Below, piece after piece: positions 44,913 to 53,783 of a stretch of 64,000 nucleotides of DNA. This DNA comes from an uncultured delta proteobacterium. GTDB taxonomy: Bacteria > Myxococcota_A > Polyangia > Palsa-1104. The notes under the pieces were generated by a model. It was given only the letters and a program-made list of their open reading frames with translations, was not told the origin of the DNA and did not search any database. A program made the position numbers and the translations under genes. Every line of letters starts with the position of its first letter. The stretch's first letter is position 1. The DNA is taken from the NCBI GenBank assembly GCA_963785725.1, contig CAWAWS010000016.1:96001-160000 (forward strand). The letters run 5' to 3'.

Positions 44913-46163
44913 ATGAAGCGGCGCGATTTCATGGTCGGGATGTCGGGGTTCGCGGGGCTGGCGGCGACGCACGCGCTCTTTCGCAGTCGCCCCGCCGCTG
45001 CGGCCGTCAATCGCCCGGCGCCGCGCGCCAAGGCCTGCATCCTCTTGTGGCTCAACGGCGGGCCGAGCCACCTCGACACGTGGGATCCCAAGCCGGGCAC
45101 GGCGGTCGGCGGCAAGTTCAAGGCGATCGCGACGAAGACGCCGGGGCTGTCGGTGAGCGAGCACTTGCCGCAGGTGGCGGCGATGAGCGATCGCCTCGCG
45201 GTCTTGCGCGGCATGACGTCGAAGGAAGGCAACCACGATCGCGCGCAGCACTTGGTGCACACCGGGTTCACGCCCAATCCGACGGTCGATTATCCGTCGC
45301 TGGGCGGCTGGGTGGCGCATGAGCTGGGCGATCCCAACGCCGAGCTGCCGCTGTTCGTCAGCATCAACGGGCCCAGCTTGTCGGCGGGATTCTTGGGCGT
45401 GCAGTACAACCCGTTCATCATCCAAAACGTCAAGCAGCCGCTGCAGAACACCGATTATCCGCCGGGCGTCGACATGGTGCGGTTCATCAAGCGCAAACAG
45501 GCGCTGGAGTCGCTCGAAGACGATTTTCTGGCGCGCACCGGCGACGTCAAAGTCAAAGGGCGACGCGCCGTGTATGCGCGCGCGATTCGCATGATGTACG
45601 CGCCCAGGCTAAAGGCGTTCGACATCGCCGACGAGTCGGAGCCGACGCTGCGCGCCTACGGCGACAGCGACTTCGGGCGCGGCTGCGTGATGGCGCGGCG
45701 GCTGGTCGAGAGCGGCGTGCGCTTCGTCGAGGTCGTGCTCGACGGCTGGGACACGCACAAAGACAACTTCGGGCGCACCGAGAAGCTGATGGGCGCGCTC
45801 GATCCGGCGCTGGCGACGTTGCTGGCGGAGCTCGAGGCGCGCAAGCTGCTCGATTCGACGCTGGTCATGTGCATGGGCGAGTTCGGCCGCTCGCCCAAGA
45901 TCAACGAGAACGACGGGCGTGACCATCATCCGGCGGCGTGGAGCGCGGTCATGGCCGGCGGCGGCGTGCGCGGCGGCACCGTCGTCGGCGCGACGAGCGA
46001 AGACGGCGACAAGGTCGTCGCGCGCCCCATCGCCGTCGCCGAGCTGATGGCGACGGCGACGACGCTGCTCGGCATGGATCCCGACAAAGAGGTCATGACG
46101 CCGCTCGGTCGGCCGATCGCGCTCACCGACAACGGCAAGCCGATCGCGGAAATCCTCGCGTAG
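44913..46163 (+). CDS. DUF1501 protein with Tat signal peptide
   Basis: MKRRDFM; ILLWLNGGPSHLDTWDPKP; ARRLVESGVRFVEV..GWDTH; GEFGRSPKIN..GRDHHP. Confidence 0.92.
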   Translation: MKRRDFMVGMSGFAGLAATHALFRSRPAAAAVNRPAPRAKACILLWLNGGPSHLDTWDPKPGTAVGGKFKAIATKTPGLSVSEHLPQVAAMSDRLAVLRGMTSKEGNHDRAQHLVHTGFTPNPTVDYPSLGGWVAHELGDPNAELPLFVSINGPSLSAGFLGVQYNPFIIQNVKQPLQNTDYPPGVDMVRFIKRKQALESLEDDFLARTGDVKVKGRRAVYARAIRMMYAPRLKAFDIADESEPTLRAYGDSDFGRGCVMARRLVESGVRFVEVVLDGWDTHKDNFGRTEKLMGALDPALATLLAELEARKLLDSTLVMCMGEFGRSPKINENDGRDHHPAAWSAVMAGGGVRGGTVVGATSEDGDKVVARPIAVAELMATATTLLGMDPDKEVMTPLGRPIALTDNGKPIAEILA

Positions 46164-46170
46164 CCGGCTG

Positions 46171-46555
46171 TCAATCGCGCGGCGCGCCGAGCCACGTCGT
46201 GAGCGCGGCTTCGGAGGCGGCGCGGTCGACGTGGCCGTGGTCGACGGCCAGGCGACGTAGCCGTCGGGACGCACGAGCAGCGCCGCCAGCGTGTCGTGAC
46301 GCCAGGCGCGCAGCGGCCGAGGGCGTCGTCGCAATGCATGAGCTCGTCGAAGAGCGCGCGCATCGCCGCCACATTGGCGTGCGGCACCATGAGCGCCGAC
46401 TGCGCCTGCGTATGTAAGAGCACGCGCGCGCCGACCGGATGGCGCTCGGCGTGATAGCTGTCGAGCAAGCCCGGCGGCGCCCAGCCGTGCACCGTCGCCG
46501 CCAGCTTCCGCGCGAGGTTGCTGGCGTCGCCGAGGCCGGTGCTGATGTTGCAGCG
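46171..46555 (-). pseudogene. C-terminal remnant of an FAD-dependent aromatic monooxygenase
   Basis: STGLGDASNLARKLAATVHGWAPPGLLDSYHAERHPVG, then in another frame ALLVRPDGYVAW, then in a third frame AALTTWLG. No N-terminal GxGxxG and a large internal deletion. Confidence 0.75.
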
Positions 46556-46598
46556 GGGGTTCGGCGGAGTCGGCGAATAACGGCGAAACGGGCTTCGT

Positions 46599-47681
46599 TC
46601 AGCGCGAAATATATCCGGTTTTGACGAGATATTCGGCGATCAACATCGCGCCCTTGGCGGCGCCCATGCGCGTATTGTGCGACACCAGCATGTACTTCAC
46701 GCCGCCGAGCACCGCGTCCTGGCGCACGCGGCCGACGGTCGTCGTCATGCCGCTCTCGTTGTCGCGATCGAGCCGCGGCTGCGGGCGATAGGGATCGTCC
46801 GACACCGTGATCAGCTGCCGCGGCGTCGACGGCAGATCGAGCGCCACGAAGTCGGCGCCGAACGCGCGCATCGCCGCCTTGACCTCGTCGACGCTGGCCT
46901 CTCGCTTCAACCCGACGAAGACCGACTCGGTGTGACCCTCGAGGACGTTGACGCGCGTGCACGTGCACGAGACCTTGACGTCGGCGTCGCTGATGCCCTC
47001 GCCCACGAAACGACCGAGGATCTTCTTGGTCTCCTTTTCGACCTTCTCTTCTTCCTTGGCGATGTAGGGGATGACGTTGTCGATGACGTCGAGCGCCAGC
47101 ACGCCCGGCGAGCGACCGGCGCCCGACACCGCCTGCATCGACGTCATCACCACTTTTTCGAGCCCGAAGGCGTCGGCGAGCGGCTTGAGCGTGATGGCCA
47201 GGCCCGTGGTCGTGCAGTTCGGCCCCGGCGTCACGAAGCCCTTCCAGTTGCGCCGCTTGCGCTGCACGTCGATGAGCTTGGCGTGGTCGAGGTTCACCGC
47301 CGGCAAGAACACCGGCACGTCCGGCTCGTAGCGAAAGGCGCTGGCCGTGGAGACGACCGGCACCTTCTCGGCGAAGCGCGGCTCGAGCAGCTTGGCGGCG
47401 TCGCTCTCGACGGCCGTGAAGACGAGGTCGATGCCGTCGGCCGTCATCGCCGCCGCGTCTTCGACCGGCATGGCCGCGAAGTCGGGATCGAGCGGCGCCG
47501 ATGCGTACCAGCTGACTTTGCCGCTCGGGTCGCGGATGGCGTCGCCGTATTTCTTGCCCGCCGAACGCTCCGAAGCGCCCAGGCGCACGACCTCGAACCA
47601 AGGGTGCTTCGGCAGCGACGCCAGAAACTGCTGACCGGCAACGCCCGTCGCACCCAGCACAGCCACGCGGATCCGCGACAT
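46599..47681 (-). CDS. asd: Aspartate-semialdehyde dehydrogenase (archaeal/fungal-like subtype)
   Basis: VAVLGATGVAGQQF..HPWFE..ASERSAGKKY; PNCTT; QAVSGAG; RVNVLEGH; RPQPRLDRD; HNTRMGAA; SD AAGGAG. Confidence 0.95.
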   Translation of the reverse strand: MSRIRVAVLGATGVAGQQFLASLPKHPWFEVVRLGASERSAGKKYGDAIRDPSGKVSWYASAPLDPDFAAMPVEDAAAMTADGIDLVFTAVESDAAKLLEPRFAEKVPVVSTASAFRYEPDVPVFLPAVNLDHAKLIDVQRKRRNWKGFVTPGPNCTTTGLAITLKPLADAFGLEKVVMTSMQAVSGAGRSPGVLALDVIDNVIPYIAKEEEKVEKETKKILGRFVGEGISDADVKVSCTCTRVNVLEGHTESVFVGLKREASVDEVKAAMRAFGADFVALDLPSTPRQLITVSDDPYRPQPRLDRDNESGMTTTVGRVRQDAVLGGVKYMLVSHNTRMGAAKGAMLIAEYLVKTGYISR

Positions 47682-47743
47682 CGAGTCTCCTTCCTTCGTT
47701 GAGGCGCGCGACTGTAGCCGAAACGAGCGCGCCCGCCAAACGC

Positions 47744-49396
47744 GTGCTAGGCCTTATCCGCTTGCGCAGACGAGGAGCTACCCACGCCCAATCGAGCCGA
47801 CTTCAGCTTGGGCTTCGCCGCTGGTTCGGACTGACCGAGTTTCGCCCCGGTCAAGAAGAGGTCGTGTGCGCGGTCCTCGACGGCGAGCGCATCCTCGGCA
47901 TCATGCCCACGGGCGCCGGCAAGTCGCTCTGCTACCAGCTGCCGGCGATGTTGGCGGGCGGCCTCACGCTGGTCGTGTCGCCGCTCATCTCGCTCATGCA
48001 CGATCAGCTGGAGAAGCTGAAAGAGCTGGGCATTCACGCGGTGCGGCTCGACTCGACGATGAGCCACAAAGCGGCGCAGAAGGTCATGGACGAGCTCGGC
48101 GACACCTCGAAGCCGGCGCTCTTGTATCTGACGCCGGAGCGCGTCGTCGACCGCACGTTTCGCGCCGAGCTCAAGCGCCTGCGGCCGGCGGGCGCCGACC
48201 TCTTCGTCGTCGACGAAGCGCACTGTATTTCGCAGTGGGGCCATGACTTTCGGCCGGCCTACCTCGGGCTCGGCGACGCGGCCAAAGACTTGGGCGCGCG
48301 CTCGCTGCTGGCGCTGACGGCGACGGCGCCGCCGCAAGTGCGCGCCGACATCCTCGAGCGGCTCGACATGGCGCAGGCGCGCGTCGTCTCCGTCGGCACG
48401 GTGCGGCCGAACCTGCACTTCGCGGTCGTGCGCGCGCGCTCGGAGGTCGACAAGCGGCGCAAGCTGGCCGAGCTCGTCGGCAAGCTGCCCGGCCCCGGCA
48501 TCGTCTACGTCGCGACGGTCAAGGCCGCCGACGAGTTGGGCGCCTTCTTGCGCGACGCCGGCTTCGACTGCGGCGTCTATCACGGCCGTCTGCCCGCCGC
48601 CGAGCGCAGCCGCGTGCAGGACGCGTTCATGAACGGCAAGCCCAGCGCCAAAGGCGCGCCGCCGCGGCTCATGGTGGCGACGAACGCGTTCGGCCTCGGC
48701 GTCGACAAGACCGACCTGCGTCTCGTCGTGCACTACCACTTTCCCGGCTCGCTCGAGGCCTATTATCAGGAGGCGGGACGCGCCGGCCGCGACGGCAAGT
48801 CGGCGCATTGCGTGCTCTTGTACGCGACGCAGGACAAGCGCATCCAGTCGTTCTTCTTGGGCGGCCGCTATCCCGACGCCGACGCCGTGCGCGCGCTCGT
48901 GCGTACGCTCGCCGGCGGCCGCCACACGCTCGAGGACATCGCCAACGGCGCCAACTTGGGACAGCGAAAAACCCAGGTCATGCTCGCGCACTTATGTGAC
49001 GCCGGCCTGCTCGAAGCCGACGCCAAGGGCTACCAGCTCACCGGCGGCGCGCCCTCCGACGGCGACATCGACAACCTCGTGCACGGCTACGTGCAGCGAC
49101 GCGCCGAAGATCGCCGGCGCCTCGAGGCCGTCGTGCGCTACTGCGAGTCGACGATGTGTCGCGCGCGCATCTTGGCGACCTACTTCGGCGAAGCCGCGCC
49201 GCCGGCGTGCGGCGGCTGCGATCGCTGCCGTCGCGCGTCGAACGCGCGCCCGCTCGTGCGTCACCCCGAGTTCGGCGAAGGCGAGGTCGTCGAGCGCCGC
49301 GGCGACGTCTTGACCGTGTTCTTCCCGCAGCACGGCGACAAGACGCTGCGCGCCGACTTCGTCGAAGCGGTCGCGCGCGCGCCGGAGATCGTTTAG
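47744..49396 (+). CDS. RecQ-family ATP-dependent DNA helicase (no HRDC; start uncertain, ORF opens at 47699)
   Basis: MPTGAGKSLCYQLP, VDEAHCISQWGHDFRPAY, ALTATA, ATNAFGLGVDK, YYQEAGRAGRDG, Zn motif CR...CGGCDRC. Confidence 0.92.
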   Translation: MLGLIRLRRRGATHAQSSRLQLGLRRWFGLTEFRPGQEEVVCAVLDGERILGIMPTGAGKSLCYQLPAMLAGGLTLVVSPLISLMHDQLEKLKELGIHAVRLDSTMSHKAAQKVMDELGDTSKPALLYLTPERVVDRTFRAELKRLRPAGADLFVVDEAHCISQWGHDFRPAYLGLGDAAKDLGARSLLALTATAPPQVRADILERLDMAQARVVSVGTVRPNLHFAVVRARSEVDKRRKLAELVGKLPGPGIVYVATVKAADELGAFLRDAGFDCGVYHGRLPAAERSRVQDAFMNGKPSAKGAPPRLMVATNAFGLGVDKTDLRLVVHYHFPGSLEAYYQEAGRAGRDGKSAHCVLLYATQDKRIQSFFLGGRYPDADAVRALVRTLAGGRHTLEDIANGANLGQRKTQVMLAHLCDAGLLEADAKGYQLTGGAPSDGDIDNLVHGYVQRRAEDRRRLEAVVRYCESTMCRARILATYFGEAAPPACGGCDRCRRASNARPLVRHPEFGEGEVVERRGDVLTVFFPQHGDKTLRADFVEAVARAPEIV

Positions 49397-49405
49397 TCTC
49401 CCGGC

Positions 49406-50575
49406 ATGAACGCCGACGTTCTGACGCGCGCGCTGGGTTGGATCGATCAGCAGCAACACCCGATGGAGCAGCTGATCGCGGAGTTGGTGAACATCTCGTC
49501 GCACACGCCCGATCGCGACGGCAACACGCGCGTCGCCACCCACTTCGCCGACGCCGCCCGCGCGCTGACCAAGGGCGGGCTCGACGGCGGCGTCGTCCGG
49601 TCGCCGAGCGGCAAATACGGCGACCACGTCGTCTTCGCCAACGGCGGCGGCAACGCGGTCCTGCTCGTCGGCCACCACGACACCGTCTTCCCGCGAGCGG
49701 CGTTCGACGGCTTCCGCGAAGACGGCACGCTCCTGCGCGGCCCGGGCGTGCTCGACATGAAAGGCGGCCTCGTCGTCGTCGCCTACGCGCTCGGCGCGCT
49801 GGCCCACGCCGGCGTCCTCGATCGCGTCCCCGTGCGCCTCGTCAGCATCTCCGACGAAGAGATCGGCTCGCCCGAAGGCCGCTCGTTGATCTTGGAAGCG
49901 TGCAAGAGCTCGGCGGCCGCGCTCGTCTTCGAGTCCGGCCGCGCCGCCGACCAGATCGTCACGCGACGCAAAGGATTGGGCGGTTTGACCGTCGTCGCCC
50001 ACGGCAAGGCCGGCCACGCCGGCAACGCGCACGCCGACAGCGTCAACGCCATTTGGGCGCTGAGCCGCTTCGTCGACCGCGCGCAGCAGCTGACCAGCTA
50101 CGACCGCGGCGTCACCGTCAACGTCGGCAAGATCTCGGGCGGCATCGGCAAGAACACCGTGCCCGACCGCGCCGAGGCGCTCGTCGACTTCCGCTATGTG
50201 ACGGCGCCCGACGGCGAAGCGCTGCTCGCCGGCCTGCGCGAGGCCGCGCGCGACGCGGCCGCCGGTGTCGCCGGCGCACGCCTCGATCTCGACGGCGGCA
50301 TCACGCGCGCGCCGCTCGAGCGCACCGACGCCTCGGGCGCGCTGCTCGCCGAATACGCCGCCTGCGCGCACGCCGCGGGGCTCGGCACGGCCGAGGCGCC
50401 GCTCATCGGCGGCGGCAGCGACGCCAACACCGTCGCGCAGGCGGGAATCCCGGCGATCGACGGGCTCGGACCGCGCGGCAAGGGCTTCCACACCGTCGAC
50501 GAATTCATCGAGCGCGACACGCTGTTGCCGAAGACGGCCGCGCTCGTGCGCTTCCTCGTCGGCCGACTACACTGA
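49406..50575 (+). CDS. M20-family metallopeptidase (carboxypeptidase G2-like)
   Basis: LVGHHDTVF, GPGVLDMKGG, DEEIGS, GKAGHAG, GGGSDAN, DGLGPRG..HTVDE. Confidence 0.92.
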   Translation: MNADVLTRALGWIDQQQHPMEQLIAELVNISSHTPDRDGNTRVATHFADAARALTKGGLDGGVVRSPSGKYGDHVVFANGGGNAVLLVGHHDTVFPRAAFDGFREDGTLLRGPGVLDMKGGLVVVAYALGALAHAGVLDRVPVRLVSISDEEIGSPEGRSLILEACKSSAAALVFESGRAADQIVTRRKGLGGLTVVAHGKAGHAGNAHADSVNAIWALSRFVDRAQQLTSYDRGVTVNVGKISGGIGKNTVPDRAEALVDFRYVTAPDGEALLAGLREAARDAAAGVAGARLDLDGGITRAPLERTDASGALLAEYAACAHAAGLGTAEAPLIGGGSDANTVAQAGIPAIDGLGPRGKGFHTVDEFIERDTLLPKTAALVRFLVGRLH

Positions 50576-50619
50576 AGCAACTACTTTAGTATTCGATACT
50601 GAAGTAGCTGCTTCAGTGT
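50569..50619. terminator. AT-rich 24-bp inverted repeat between convergent genes (probable bidirectional terminator)
   Basis: ACACTGAAGCAACTACTTTAGTAT-TCG-ATACTGAAGTAGCTGCTTCAGTGT, arms complementary with 2 mismatches. Confidence 0.65.
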
Positions 50620-50623
50620 TGGA

Positions 50624-51547
50624 TCAGCTGCAGCTGACGATGCCGTTGCTGCTGCCGCACGTCGTCAGGCCGATGCTGCTGCAGGTCGTCGACATCCACT
50701 GGCCGCTGACGCAGATCTGCAGCGTCGAGCGATCGGGCGTGCAGACGTCGGACGTGCCGTCGCACTGGCTACCCGGCGCCACGCAGGGCGAGCCCTCGGT
50801 CGTGAGCGTCGGGTCGCACACGTCGTTGAACGCGCCGCAGTCGATCGGCAGCTGGCGGCCGCCGTAGCAGACGAAGCCGGACGCGATGCTGTCGCCGCTC
50901 GAGCAGCCGTTCGCAGTGCAGGCGCCGCCGAGCGGTGGCGTGCAGCCGAGGGTCGCGTCGCACACGCCGTTGGGGATGGCAACGCCGCAGTCGGCCTTGG
51001 ATTCGAGGCTGGTGTCGCTGTCGCAGTTGACGAAGACGTTGCCATCGCAGCGGCTGGCCGCCGTCGGATCGCAGCTCTTGCCGTCGCTGCAGGTGGCCGA
51101 GCTGTTGGCTTCGACGCAATGCATGCCGAACTTCGTGCAGTCGTTCTGCTCGAGGCCGTTGCCGTTGATGCAGCCGATGAGCGTGTCGCCGTCGCAGGAG
51201 TATTCGTTGTGCGCGGCGCAGTAGTCGCTGGCGTGCTGCTGCGTGAAGCAGGCGATGACGCTCGCGCAGTCGTTGGACGCGGTCGCGCAGCCGAGGAGGC
51301 GCGTCAGATCAGCCGCCGAGGCGCCGAGGATGCCGGCGCCGCTGGCGATGCCGACCTCGACCTGCGCGGCACACGACGAGCCGGACGGAAACTGCGGCAC
51401 GCCGACGCACGACATGGCCATGGCGCAGGCCTTGTTGATGGCGACGCGGTCGAGGGTGGGCGTGAGGGTCGGTTTACCGCCGTCGTTGCCGCCACAGCCG
51501 GCGAGGGCAACGGTGGCGATGACGCAATAAGCGAACGTAGTCTTCAT
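50624..51547 (-). CDS. Cysteine-rich lipoprotein
   Basis: 3' part of ORF 50624..52450; MKTTFAYCVIATVALAG-C lipobox; 32 Cys in 307 aa. Confidence 0.82.
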   Translation of the reverse strand: MKTTFAYCVIATVALAGCGGNDGGKPTLTPTLDRVAINKACAMAMSCVGVPQFPSGSSCAAQVEVGIASGAGILGASAADLTRLLGCATASNDCASVIACFTQQHASDYCAAHNEYSCDGDTLIGCINGNGLEQNDCTKFGMHCVEANSSATCSDGKSCDPTAASRCDGNVFVNCDSDTSLESKADCGVAIPNGVCDATLGCTPPLGGACTANGCSSGDSIASGFVCYGGRQLPIDCGAFNDVCDPTLTTEGSPCVAPGSQCDGTSDVCTPDRSTLQICVSGQWMSTTCSSIGLTTCGSSNGIVSCS

Positions 51548-51678
51548 GCGCGACCCGAAAAGCAAGCAGCGGGCCAGGCGTAACCTCGCGTGACGCTGGG
51601 ATCGCGCAGGCGGCGTTGTTGGCGAGCGAGCTACAACAGCGGCGAGCGCGTCAGAGCCGTCGGGAAATGTTTGCGGGG

Positions 51679-52617
51679 CTAGGCGGCGGTCGTCGTGCGC
51701 GTCGACTTGGCGCGGGCGCCGAGCGCGGCCTTGGTGTACTTCGACGGCATCTCGTGCCCGACGACGGCCGCGAGGCGCGACGAGCAAGCCACGAGCGCGT
51801 CCAGGTCGACGCCGGTGTCGATGCCCATGCCGTGCAGCATGTACACGACGTCCTCGGTCGCCAAGTTGCCGCTGGCGCCGGGCGCGTACGGACAGCCGCC
51901 GAGCCCGCCCACCGCCGAATCGACCGTCGTCACGCCGAGCCCGACGGCGACGAGCACGTTGGCCAGCGCCGTGCCGCGCGTGTCGTGAAAGTGGACGGCG
52001 ATTTCGTCGACGGGCGCGACCTCGAAGACGCGCCCGAGCACGTCGCGCACTTGCAGCGGCGTGGCCACGCCGATCGTGTCGCCGAGCGAGATCTGATAGA
52101 CGCCGCGCTTGCGCAGCTCGGCCACGAGCGCCACCACCTTGTCGGGATCGACGCGCCCTTCGTACGGGCAGCCGTACACCGTCGAGACATAGGCGCGCAC
52201 GCGCACGCCCGCCTCTTTGGCCGGCGCGATGACGTCCTCGAACGCCTGCAAGGTCTCGGCGATGGTCTTGTTGACGTTCTTCTTGTTGTGCGTCTCCGAA
52301 GCCGACAAGAACACCGCCACTTCGCGCATGCCGGCCGCCAGCGCCTTGTCGAGCCCGGTCTTGTTGGGCACGAGGCACGAATAGACGACGCCCTCTTTGC
52401 GCGTGACGCCGCGCGCGACCTCGGTGGCGTCGGCCAGCTGCGGGATCCACTTGGGATTGACGAAGCTCGTGATCTCGATGCTGGTCAGGCCGCTGGCGGT
52501 CAGGCCGTCGATCATGGCGATCTTGTCGGCCGTCGAGATCGGGCGCGCCTCGTTCTGCAGGCCGTCGCGCGGGCCGACCTCGAAGAGCGTCACATGGCTG
52601 GGAAAGCGGTCCAACAT
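51679..52617 (-). CDS. Hydroxymethylglutaryl-CoA lyase
   Basis: EVGPRDGLQNE, SFVNPKWIPQLAD, GCPYEG, SLGDTIG, HFHDTRG, GGLGGCPYAPGASGNLATED. Confidence 0.95.
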   Translation of the reverse strand: MLDRFPSHVTLFEVGPRDGLQNEARPISTADKIAMIDGLTASGLTSIEITSFVNPKWIPQLADATEVARGVTRKEGVVYSCLVPNKTGLDKALAAGMREVAVFLSASETHNKKNVNKTIAETLQAFEDVIAPAKEAGVRVRAYVSTVYGCPYEGRVDPDKVVALVAELRKRGVYQISLGDTIGVATPLQVRDVLGRVFEVAPVDEIAVHFHDTRGTALANVLVAVGLGVTTVDSAVGGLGGCPYAPGASGNLATEDVVYMLHGMGIDTGVDLDALVACSSRLAAVVGHEMPSKYTKAALGARAKSTRTTTAA

Positions 52618-52633
52618 GGCGATCTATGACGAT

Positions 52634-53341
52634 CTAAGTCTTCTCGAACAGCTTTGCCAGCAAACCATCGTCGATGTCGTTCAAGGTGTCGACCACGGCA
52701 TCGGCGGCCTCCTGCGGCTGGCGCGCGAAGTTGCCGGCGCGAATGCCGACGACGCGCATGCCGGCGGCGCGCGCGGCGGCGATTCCGGCCGCCGAATCCT
52801 CGAGCACGAGGCAGTCGGCAGGCGCGACGTCGAGGCGCGTGGCGGCCAGTAAATAGCCGTCGGGAAAGGGTTTGCCGCGCGCCGTGTCCTCGGCGCCGAT
52901 GAACCACGGGAAGCACTCGAGGAGGCCGAGCGCGCGCAGGACGGCGTCGATCTCGGGCCGGCTCGAGCCGGAGACGACGGCCGAGGCAAAGCGCGCCGTC
53001 AGCCGCCGCACCGTCTCGACCGCGCCCGGCAGCACGTCGAGCCCCTCGTCTTCCACGATCTGGACGCGCTCGACCGCCGCCAGGTGCATCAGCTCCTCGT
53101 AGCCGAGCGTCACGCCGCCGTTGGTGACGAGGTGGTGGTAAATCTCATGCCAGCCGTGGCCGATGACGAAGCCGCGCTCCTCGTCGCTCAGCGGCCGGCC
53201 CGCGCGCGCGCACACCCGCGCCACCGCCTCGGCGTTCTGCCGCTCGGTGTCGGCCAAGGTGCCGTCGAGATCGAAGAAGACGGCGCGCAAGCCGCCTCGG
53301 CCCTCGCCACCGCCTGGCGGCACGACGAAGGCCGAGCTCAC
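52634..53341 (-). CDS. HAD-superfamily phosphatase (beta-PGM/CbbY-like)
   Basis: VFFDLDGTLADTE, GKPFPDGY, LVLEDSAAGIAAARAAGM; GTGA overlap with upstream gene. Confidence 0.9.
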   Translation of the reverse strand: MSSAFVVPPGGGEGRGGLRAVFFDLDGTLADTERQNAEAVARVCARAGRPLSDEERGFVIGHGWHEIYHHLVTNGGVTLGYEELMHLAAVERVQIVEDEGLDVLPGAVETVRRLTARFASAVVSGSSRPEIDAVLRALGLLECFPWFIGAEDTARGKPFPDGYLLAATRLDVAPADCLVLEDSAAGIAAARAAGMRVVGIRAGNFARQPQEAADAVVDTLNDIDDGLLAKLFEKT

Positions 53342-53772
53342 GGCGTGCAGTCGCCCGTGCGGTTCGACTGAATGTGCTGCACGATCTTCATGGGCCCGCG
53401 GCGCGGATCGTTCATGGTGAGTGTCATCGTGCCCGTGTAGCTCTCGCCGGCGAAGGTGAGCTCGCCGGTGCCGGTCTGCGTGCCGCCGTGCTTGTGGCAG
53501 GTCACGGTGTAGGTCACGTGGTTGCCGTCCAGCTTGACGCTCGCCGCTTCGCAGTCGTCCTGCTGCTTCTTGAGCAGCTTCTGCGGGTCGGAGGCTTCGT
53601 CGGCCGTGACGCAGCGATCGATCTCCATCGGCGGCGGCGTGAACGGCGCGCCCGTGATCTCGGTCTGGACGCGCGTGTGCCAGGTGCCGGCGCGCACGCG
53701 GCTCTTGCCGTCCGCGTGCAGCGAGGTCGCCGTCGCTGCGACGAGCGCGCCCATCATCAACGTCCGCTTCAT
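53338..53772 (-). CDS. Small secreted beta protein (DUF3617-like)
   Basis: Signal peptide; RAGTWHTRV, four spaced Cys, ending RTGDC; SD GGGGAG. Confidence 0.7.
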   Translation of the reverse strand: MKRTLMMGALVAATATSLHADGKSRVRAGTWHTRVQTEITGAPFTPPPMEIDRCVTADEASDPQKLLKKQQDDCEAASVKLDGNHVTYTVTCHKHGGTQTGTGELTFAGESYTGTMTLTMNDPRRGPMKIVQHIQSNRTGDCTP

Positions 53773-53783
53773 GCTCTCCCCCG

